The notes beneath the pieces are model-generated. The model did no database searches. It was given only the letters and a program-made list of their open reading frames with translations, and was not told the DNA's origin. The position numbers were made by a program, and so were the translations under genes. A stretch of 32,000 nucleotides of DNA from Candidatus Lokiarchaeum ossiferum (GTDB taxonomy: Archaea; Asgardarchaeota; Lokiarchaeia; Sigyniarchaeales; Promethearchaeaceae): positions 4,800,001 to 4,832,000 of the forward strand of contig CP104013.1 of the NCBI GenBank assembly GCA_025839675.1, given 5' to 3'. Shown here piece by piece: positions 16,801 to 24,700 of this stretch. Position 1 is the stretch's first letter. Each line of letters begins with the position of its first letter.

Positions 16801-18761
16801 GGATTGGGACCTTTTAGAAATCGCCATCCTGGAATACTCGCAACGGATTCAATGTGTTGCAAATCCCAAATTCCTGTTCCCGCTGCATAAAATTCGTCAT
16901 CGCCAGAATCCCATACTAATTCATAGATATCTTCTGCACTATTCCACTGAATCCCTAGATATTTACCAGTCACTGTTCCAACAACAATCTTATTGGCTTC
17001 TTCTTCTCCATCCATATAAGCTTGTCCGTCTAATCGTAGTGGGCCAATGGTAAGGGATAATCCATCTGTTAAAAGGTTGTACACTTGCATCAATTCTAAA
17101 GAATTGATGTCATAGTTAGCATCGTTAAATACTGATAATTTTGCATACCTGAACCAATCCCATTTTCTCTCAATGAGTGCGTCATCTACATCAATTCGCA
17201 GTTTGTTTCCCGAAATTGTGAAATGATCTGAGAAAATTTGATCGAAATCTACCCCATCTTGAGAAATTGAGAAATTAAAATCTGAATAAATTGAAGTTGT
17301 TAGACTGGTTGAAAATGTGATTTCAACATCATAAGCATCACTTGCACTTCCAGATCCTTCTTCATCTAATCCAAAATCGACCACTGCAGATGCATTAGTC
17401 ACCCCTGGAATTGAAGCATCAAAAGTTGAATAATTCCCATCGGGCGCCATTGACATTCCGGTATTGTAAGGATAGCAATCAGCATCTGGTTCAAAATGAT
17501 CTGTTACCCAGACATAGTCTATTGGTTCAGGTGCATCGAAGTAAGGTGAGATTGGATTGCTATAAGTGACATTATTTGCCGAGATAACTCTGTCAACATA
17601 ATGATCTAATCCCCAATAGCCAAAAGTTTCCCAATCCTCGTAAGCTCGAACTATTTTTTTATAATCAAAGGTTTTGGTAATTTCATTCCAATCTAATGAG
17701 AACACCCCTTGTCCTTGAGCGATCAAAGCTAATTCTTCTCCCTCACTTCCATCAAGTTCTCCAATATCCATTGATAGAATCGGGGTCCAAGTATAATTTT
17801 CACTCGTCCAAATTAATTCATACGCGTTATCTTGAATTAAGGGGAAATAATCACCATTGATTTCCATACTAATTCCATCATTTTCAAAAATAAACACAGT
17901 TCCTTCGCGAGTTCCAACAACAATTTCAGGAAGTCCATTATGATTAGTATCTCCCGATTCAAGAGAATAGATTTTTTCTCCATCCACATCATCATGATAA
18001 ACTTGACGGTAGGTTATCCAATGTTCTTCGTTGAATGGATAACCAGAATGTTCATCGTATTCATAAAGGTATAATCCATCCCAAGATCCAACAATAATAT
18101 CCGGTCGATAGTCTCGATCGGCATCTTCAATTTTCACATCAAACACTCGAAACATGGAAGGTGATGTCCATACCAATTCAAACATATTTTCAGTATTAGT
18201 GAATGGATCATAGATATGGCGTTGTTCAAAAACATACACATGCCCATCAGAACTTCCTGCAACGATTTCTAAGAAATCATTCAAATCAGTATCTCCAAAT
18301 GCAATTGCCATTACATCACTTTGAATAATTCCATCACCACATACCCAAACCTTGTCAAAATCCCCTGTTTCAGTATTTAAACGATACAAATGTACTTCAT
18401 TATCATACAAATATCCTCCAGCCATAGCTAAATATCCTGTATCTTCATGATAAGATACTGCATGAATGGCTGCTTGTGACTTCCAAGGTTGGTATATTTC
18501 AGTGTAATCATTATCCCGATCCCCAAGAACAACTCCAATATCTTGATCTGAAGGAAATTTAACCATTTCTTCTTCCAACAGATTAGTTACAGCGGGTTGA
18601 ATGTCCATAGGGAGTTCATCTAAAATGTTTTCACCTACATCTTGAGTAATTTGTTTCAATTCTTCTTTTTGATTATAATTGGGCAATAACGATACTACGT
18701 TCATCATTACTAAGCTAAGTACGATTAAACCTGCAATTTTTGTTTTAATTAAGTTTTTCAT
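10872..18761 (-). CDS. giant (2629 aa) surface protein: FG-GAP/VCBS (integrin-alpha-like) and PQQ-like beta-propeller repeats with discoidin-like and BNR-like inserts; signal peptide and C-terminal TM anchor
   Basis: Signal peptide MKNLIKTKIAGLIVLSLVMMNVVSLL. At least 15 Ca2+-loop + strand repeats of FG-GAP type (GDTDLNDFLEIVAGSSDGHVYVFE, GDTNHNGLPEIVVGTREGTVFIFEN, DDIDGDGDQDLIFTN, ADTDGDGKGEIIVGDYDNNVYLFEN, GDTDSDGRREVIAGWEDQVGVYE, VDVDGDGNDEIITIS, IDLNEDGFEELIVGG, EDFDGDGGLEVLAQ, KDMDDDGTNDLVYTN...). The C-terminal third has 'DGs..W' PQQ-like turns. Many N-x-S/T sequons. C-terminus LFWIPIGMTLVIPEFLII-KKRRKAKQ. Confidence 0.8.
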   Translation of the reverse strand: MKNLIKTKIAGLIVLSLVMMNVVSLLPNYNQKEELKQITQDVGENILDELPMDIQPAVTNLLEEEMVKFPSDQDIGVVLGDRDNDYTEIYQPWKSQAAIHAVSYHEDTGYLAMAGGYLYDNEVHLYRLNTETGDFDKVWVCGDGIIQSDVMAIAFGDTDLNDFLEIVAGSSDGHVYVFEQRHIYDPFTNTENMFELVWTSPSMFRVFDVKIEDADRDYRPDIIVGSWDGLYLYEYDEHSGYPFNEEHWITYRQVYHDDVDGEKIYSLESGDTNHNGLPEIVVGTREGTVFIFENDGISMEINGDYFPLIQDNAYELIWTSENYTWTPILSMDIGELDGSEGEELALIAQGQGVFSLDWNEITKTFDYKKIVRAYEDWETFGYWGLDHYVDRVISANNVTYSNPISPYFDAPEPIDYVWVTDHFEPDADCYPYNTGMSMAPDGNYSTFDASIPGVTNASAVVDFGLDEEGSGSASDAYDVEITFSTSLTTSIYSDFNFSISQDGVDFDQIFSDHFTISGNKLRIDVDDALIERKWDWFRYAKLSVFNDANYDINSLELMQVYNLLTDGLSLTIGPLRLDGQAYMDGEEEANKIVVGTVTGKYLGIQWNSAEDIYELVWDSGDDEFYAAGTGIWDLQHIESVASIPGWRFLKGPNPTNYVPMPLPPLSGDYNSWTFGNINPYFDAPNYFVGTQQSEIFAYEAFPNLPDSTVQAYLNDINNYLAIKDKPFVSVEVPLIPATGSPLPFLAVASYSPDIEPYGNDVDTYNAELNFWFRGGFSDPFSLRRNINYYDLTGEITALVGMSKTTPKMVFDDIDGDGDQDLIFTNGRLYLAKNLWVETETMNFTLIHDYFADVNSELKSNAWGQPELFDLDKDDDLDLILSYANKNGSTAFLNHGTKDKPIWRQDKRIFSNTRPETNLKFLGMTDTRIIPVGTGSTYDIYSNLYDYDDPEFLMVTYNNETHTTHWAEPVYDAIDSYIVASYPEVIRTEFSLLDSGDTNFMNFGYHVLESWSTEEDLKDWTLSITSADTDGDGKGEIIVGDYDNNVYLFENLVENNYKRMYKTFDLTHEESTTESPYLYQDLEGISGEFTRTIWDHATNLLADVDLDQDGLKEMIVTANLKAYVFEDRGLTGGDEMQFIYSIDLWDSEFVGQSGWDQVTEITALINGDDLDYNGQRELILAAGPYLFVYNVPENNYEGIEDQEYFVTSKSLEGRYDLVGNPIADSNFKYFWIDTLASGDTDQDGYKELILGGINDTRAIRKNGFVNIYECQGGTFYEVWNAPREVVYWNPITIIKLDDQDYDWSQEIIIGHSQGFDIWEHIPSTDSEYQKIEYVTSSPNYPVIELDETYAPSTTEYLWLKNEYRSDAVNCESGPYSNFILQIYNNKSDLWWKRYNKGTEEWEVPKQVMPDSSYASFIYECEPTITCTTTGRIFAVWKIVTNIGDTQFWASELNTGTGLWNTPVGIGALNTNDLLHYPSLFQMDSDYIGITFRADYDYLGSGSWIGAFSMDISSTLSYAGSGILFFDGYADFDIQSTSTTTLSDGSYATVFSALTAKNGKPDHDIYLLQWDSSGFSDSIARQITDSYTDEVFPEIDTLKSDDESLIVVYENVGVPYEDRIGIIASSDLGMTWGREHTLNTIPPDLVRTEYPEYGYTSWSYFNPRVFSPTIVGMDGEGFMYTLVWTVDVFDWSWIGDQFDWAGVQSYGINPQSDWTANQLLRVLDLDVGDTDSDGRREVIAGWEDQVGVYEMKSSTDGTDFMTYEETWLSPKYENDFTGLTVYDTKSNGFEEIAVATKRGNVFFYEFRDPSEGPVELYNSERAWYYDINYVPDSDLMKSVDVDGDGNDEIITISTQGKQVTVLKKDGSLLWADSFGSGTHTLTMDVVDLNSDGYLEICFKHHESDEIVVVSALNGSVIWTKPSTHYTPVWHIADINNDGYMEFLLAYENDIQILDYNGTEIDDLQDVCTYSIYSMQTGYYNNANVSSLAISEQYGRVSVINITDGSLIFETSEGVMNSNSGRRYEMIPIDLNEDGFEELIVGGDAIHVIDVNNSYYLHNSTYFGKIGPKIYLEDFDGDGGLEVLAQTESNGIFLEDLEGGATQWNYSPTFTIKDITIGKFGGNGLFDVIVVGDDGYTVAVDGKSGMAMWFNKTNSLNRAVVSLKRNGPFDLIASWNDLEYINVYDSTDRYSKHAPAGFDPHQLYLDFETNGDKIDQYYIEDIDPSTPGIDEILVINDGMNLNLWTSEPSVIISVQYKKTIRNVKFADLNQDGNLDFAVSFENKTDGEFELLYLDGDSGKTIATISAPTGYDIADYYFGEFNTDSENPGDECVILFEKSSGTESYLEWYDNDGNSLYKSEDTIYDNNNKIVVGYFNDLTTLDVAFGGDNDDIYFVEGGDGSHIWTHNTGNNIWDMVVGNFHYTSSSYSSIAYRYDRTITMFDIISHNTVSVTYAADTSLRSFMAGDIYQSNGYDELILNLEREGVVAYNNVGTEVWRFNAPLMVSAVNSYMIVKDMDDDGTNDLVYTNYNYLNIIDGATSKLKWHYVGSSRISRPMLGQFTSDGGEFDVTYLFENNIHIVSATDTIPLKSFASEFGETISHWYEDVGLFWIPIGMTLVIPEFLIIKKRRKAKQ

Positions 18762-18764
18762 TGA

Positions 18765-21700
18765 TTATGCCCCTCCTTTTTTCTTTTTCAAAATTATTAA
18801 AATCGTGGTTCCTATTAATAGAACTGAACCACCTCCAATACCGCCCCAAAAGAGTGCAGGGTTAATTTGGGTGATCACCTCAAAATAGACAACCACTTTA
18901 TGAACTGTGCCGTTGAGATCCCGGCCATAGACTTCCATTGTGTAATTTCCGGGTTCCCAAGTAATCGTGTCATTAAACCATTGTTGTTTATCCGCTTCAT
19001 AGGTCATCGAGACATTATCACTCCATCCCGTGCCATTATCAAAGCGATACCATACATCACTAAAGGATGTAAAATTAACCACTCTGACTTGAGTTTTTAA
19101 ATAAACTGTAGACTGGTTTTTAGGTAGTAACACTTTCATGCTTCCAGAACCTAGCGCAATACTTAGCATGTTATTAAATTCTTCTTTTGAGGTCCATACT
19201 AAAGGATCAGTACCAACAGCCATTTCAGTTCCATCGGAAAATCCATCTCCATCTGTATCTGATTTAGTAGGATCTGTTCCGTAGAGATAGTATTCATCTC
19301 CATCTAAGAGTCCATCAAAATCTGAATCGGGATTTTCAATACCTCCTCCATAAATTGCTTGAGTCCCAATTTTGAATTCTAATCCATCTGCTAATCCATC
19401 AAAATCTGTATCAAATTCGTATCCATCAATAATTCCATCGTTATCAGAATCATCATCCATTGGATCCGTGCCATAATAATGCACCTCTGCTCCATCAGGT
19501 AATAAATCGCCATCCGAATCTGGGTTTAATGGATCGGTGTTATATGTGGTAATTGTTACCGAAGCCACGAATGGAATCGGGACTTGGGATGCTGAAGCAG
19601 GCAATATAATTGTGAGTAATTCTTCATTATCATATAACCCATCTCCATCCGTATCATTATAGATGGCTGAAGTATTATATTTGAAAATTTCATCATAATC
19701 TGATAAAGTATCATTATCGGTATCTATCACTTGTGGATTAGTGTTGTATACAATAACTTCTAAGTAATCATTTACTCCATCCCCATCTGTATCATTCAAA
19801 ACAGCACTTGTATTGTATTGAAATACGAGCGTTGCTGAAATGAAGGGGTAAAGTATATCAGTTTGATTCTTTAATTGCACTTCTAAACCGTCTTCAAGTC
19901 CATCTCCATCTGTATCATTACTTAATGGATTCAATGGGATTGGATCGGTCCAAGGAATTTGTCCAGAACCTAAATAAAGTTCAAGACCGTCTCTTAATCC
20001 ATCCATATCGGTATCCGATCGGGTGGCATTTGTTCCATATACCATGACTTCATCATAATCGCTCATTGGCCAAGTCATTTTTCCTTCGGCATTTGGTTCA
20101 ACAATAGAATCTCCATCGGTATCCCAATTGAGTGGATCGGTGTCATAGAACAAAATTTCTTCACCATCGGAAAGTCCTTCGCCATCAGAATCATAATCAA
20201 ACGGATCCGTTCCATAGACAAATATTTCTTGATAGTCCGTGAGTCCATCATTATCGGAATCCTCATCCATTGGGTCGCTACCATATTTTAAGACTTCATC
20301 TCCATCAACAATGTTGTCTCCATCACTGTCATCGGTCAAAGGATTACTGTGCCAAAAGTAAACTTCTTCTCCGTCTGTCAGACCATCAAAATCCGTATCA
20401 ATCAAGTTTGGATTAGTGAAGAAAATATAAAATTCATCACCATCAGGGATCATATCAAAATCACTATCCGCGGTTCGAGGATCTGTCCCAAGCAAAATTT
20501 CTTGCATATCAAATAGTCCATCATCATCGGTATCAGGATCGTTGGCATTTGTGTGGTTGCTATATGGATTGAGTACTCCTTCAATTCCATCAATTAATCC
20601 ATCATCATCACTATCCCCATCTGTAGGATCGGTTCCATAGGCTAATTCAAATCCATCTCCGTTTAACCATTGACCTGGCAGTGGCGTATGATCGCTGTTA
20701 CCCGTATCACCATCCGTATCAGGATTCACCGGATTTGTAAAAACATGCTTGAGTTCAGGTTCTCCCTCATCATCATAAACAATTAGATCAAAACCCGCAA
20801 CTTCAGCTCCATCATTGCAGTCGAAGAGATAATAATTATTCAATTGCTTGTCGACCATTCCATTGTATAATTGATAATTGGAATCATCATCAGTATCCGC
20901 ATCTAGAGGATGTGTGTATCCATAAAAGAATATGAGTGGATCTCCTGCAACTGCAGTATCGGTCTCATTATAGAGTGAGTCCAAACCATAATATGCTCCC
21001 ATTGGGCCTTCATCTCCATCCATTAAACCATCCCCGTCCGTATCGGGGTTAAGTGGATCCGTGTGGTCATTGTAGGTTTCTCCTCCGATATTGATTTCAG
21101 TTACTGTGGTGGTAACATTATCAATATCCCATTTAGTGTAAATTTCATAAGCATCTGTCAATCCATCTCCATCTGTATCTTGAGAGAAAGGATCTGTGTT
21201 GTAAACTTTTAGTTCTTCATAATCAGTGACATCGTCCCAATCGGTATCTGGTTGAAGAGGGTTTGTTCCTTCATCCCATTCTTCCCCATCAGTTAATCCA
21301 TCATTGTCTGTGTCTGGATCTGTGGCATCAGTTCCCATGGTTTTGACTTCAAGTTTATCTCCGGCTCCGTCTCCATCTGTATCTGGATTATTTGGATCTA
21401 ATCCGGGGATCGTAGCTTCATACTCGTCTCCAAGCCCATCACCATCTGAATCGAAACCTATACCGGCATCTTCGTAATCGGTGTCACCCTTATTTGGGGA
21501 TAAATCCCATGGACCGCCAGGTTCCCATGTCCAAGTTTTAGTTGTTGAAGCAAATAAAAACCGTAGCTTAATTTTAAGCGTTAGTATTAACCTAAGAGTT
21601 ATCTTCATAGGAGCACTTGATGACAGATCTTGGAAGAATGTGAGAATTATTTCTAGTGACCCATCAATCACGATTTCGACGATCAAAAGATTAATGCCAA

Positions 21701-24700
21701 TATGAATCGCCACTCCCAAAGTAATGACAATCGTCAATGTCGATACTTCGGGAGATGTTGCACTGGCAGCTTTCTTGCAAATATCTATTTCGACCCCTAA
21801 ATATATGGAAATCGTTATCGAATCTAATCCCAGAAATTCGGCTACTGCATTAATTGCTCCTCCACCCATACCACCTGTGAAGAATTCTAAAAGGGTCATG
21901 GTTTTAGAAAGTTGGATTTTTATATTAAATCCCCATTCAATAATATTAAAGAAGTCTTCCCATTCAAAAATACCTCCTTTGAAAGTAAAGAGACTCATCT
22001 TGAAATGAGCACTGCCGGAAAATGATAATTCTAATCCCAAAGCGCCTAATAAATACTGCATAAAAGAGTTTTTAGATGAATCCATACCATCTACTCCCAG
22101 TTCTGCTACAAAAACGGGACTTATTTCAAAACATGCAAAAATAGTTTTGAAGAAATCACCTACGGAGTTCAATGAAAAAGTACTTCTTCCATCAAAGATC
22201 AAACTTTTAATAAAATCTAAAAGGGGTGTGGGATCGATATTAAAGTTGGCTGTAATTCCTAAATCTATTTTTAGATCGAAAAGCGACCATTCTCCCAATC
22301 CAATTGGGATTTTTCCATGGTAACCAATTATTTCTTGTCCTCCTCCAAAGATTCCCAAAATGGCTGTTTCCAGTTCATCTATCATAGGATTGAGTAAACC
22401 TGTTAACCAATCCATCACTTTTCCAATTATCCAATCTAATCCATTCGTAAATAATCCTTTAAGATCCATGGCAATTTTTAAGAACTGGTTTAACATTTCA
22501 CTATACTGAGTTGGTATTAATCCTGAAACAATAGACATTATTTCATTAATGATTTGCGTTGCACTGGGTAGATCTTTTGGTTCTAAGCCAAACATCTCGG
22601 GGAAAAAGGATTTTAAGAGGTTCAAAAATGCATCTATAGGGACTCCATCAAAATAAGGGTGAATTGTAATAATCGACCCTACCGAAGTCCATAATGCTTG
22701 GAGTATACCTTTGAAAGACTTACCTTTCACCGAAGAAACGAGATTTAGAATTCCACTGGCAATTTCTCCAAAAGTGTTAATTGTTGAATTGAATGTTTCT
22801 GTTCTTTTTGCTTGAGGGGTAAATCCCGTTATCACACCTTTCAATAATTTAGGAATCGCTTGATACAAATTGGTCCCAACATCTTTCAGAGCATTTTTCA
22901 TTAATTGTTTAAGAGACCCTGAATCGGTAATATAGGCAATCATACCTAAAATAGGTCGAACGGTTTCGTTCACAATTTTTTTTATGGTTGTTAAATCCGT
23001 GCTACCCATCCCTACTTCATCCAAAATGTCAAATGCAATCTCAAATAAGTCGGGTAATTGATTAACATCAAATCCATCATTGTAAATTCCGGTAATAATT
23101 GTCATAACATCTGCTATTATATTCCGAAGATTCGATGAAACTGAAGAAGCTAAACCTTCTTCTAATTTTGCTATGATTTCTGCTTTGAAATTTGCAACAC
23201 TGGTCATTCCTCCTTCCTTGTAGTTTTTCACAATATTCATGACTTTTCGGGCTAGTTCTTCAGCATCTCCAACGATACTTGAATCCCCCACGAATTCTTG
23301 TAAAACTACTTTAACCAACTCAATTACTGATTCGGCATTGAAGTTGTCCACCAAATCGATTACTTTGAACGATAATTTCATCATGGATGTTATTTTGTCC
23401 ATTCCGGCTTGCATATCGGTGCTAACTGTTCCAGCCAATAATTGGAGTAAAGGTCCACCTATGTTTTCTAATAATTCTTCAATATCAAAATTCACAAGAA
23501 AGGAAACGAGACTTTTTACCACTGATTTTACTTTTGGCAACATATCGGAGACTTCAGAAGGTGTCCATCCTAGTACGCCTGCAATAGTTTTGTTTAACAG
23601 TGCATCTAAGACGTTTTCCATAAAGAAACTAACCATTACATCAAAAACATTTTTCCCTTCATTGACCACTTCATCAATAGAATTCCACAAATCTTCTCCA
23701 AAATCTAAAATACTAAATATTGTATCCACAATTCCGCTAGATTCTTCTGGTAGTAGATCTGCCATGAGGGTCTGAATTAATTCCATAACAATTTCCATGA
23801 TATCGGAGGTATCCCCACGTAAGTTGAATAATGCCTTCACAAAGATATTCAAGTAATCTTTCATGCTTTCAATAAAAGGAAATTCATTCGAAATAGCATC
23901 GATAACTATTTTTAGTGCACTTTCAGCGCTGGGATCTTTTGCCAATCCAATTAATTGAGTTATTTGTCCAAAAGATGATTGGATTGTTTCCATGATGTTC
24001 GAAGGGATAGATAGGGATGTATCACCTGTTGATTCCATAATGGTTAAGAGCACATCAACAATTTCTCCAATAGGTCCACTTAATCCTGAAAAGAGTGGAA
24101 GTTCTCCTAAATCAAAATCATCTTCTGCGGCAGCTTCCGGTGCGGATAGTTTGATTATTGGACTGAATCCTTCATCTAGTTCTTCTTCCGGAATTTCGGT
24201 AAGCTCTCCTTCTTCATCTTTATAATATGCGGTAGGTTCTAATTCAGCTTCATGACGATCCCACATGGCATTTTTCCGTTCTTCGGCTGCTTCGGGATCA
24301 ATTTGTCCAACAGGTGTTTGAGGTTCGGTTGAAACTTGGAAGAGTGCATTGAAATTATCTGCGTAAATTTGCCCACTCATTTGTTTTAAGTCCTCAGCGG
24401 CTTTAAGATAGTTTTCATCTTCAGCGGATTTCTTTTCAGCAAGTTCTGCAACACTCCAGATATCGAACATAGTTAGTAAAATGGCATCGGTTTGTTCCGC
24501 TTCGCTGTGATGGATATAATTCGCATCGGAAGGAATAAATTTGTCAAAAGTTAGAGTGTTTCCCATTCCCATAATATGTTGGGTGTTTGGTTGAGCTAAA
24601 AGAAGTTTAGTAAAGGTGCGCCACGAAAGTGAGTACTCTTCAAAATTAACACCATACAAGTTTGAATCCAAAGCATAGATGGCCAGCCATGGAGCATCAT

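Noticed and set aside
19200-21500. The repetitive region as a DNA-level tandem repeat, minisatellite or CRISPR-like array.
   Set aside because: The repetition is at protein level only (D-x-D-x-D-G units with variable spacers). Nucleotide copies are degenerate and irregularly spaced, and the reading frame is intact throughout.
11660-24225. Numerous 60-178 aa ORFs inside or antisense to the two giant genes (e.g. 23239-23775, 21724-22008, 16748-17053, 12196-12456, 20075-20284).
   Set aside because: All are fully embedded in much longer, motif-rich ORFs. Their Ser/Thr/Ile-rich composition is what results from reading Asp/Glu/Gly-rich repeat codons in other frames. None has independent promoter or RBS signals.
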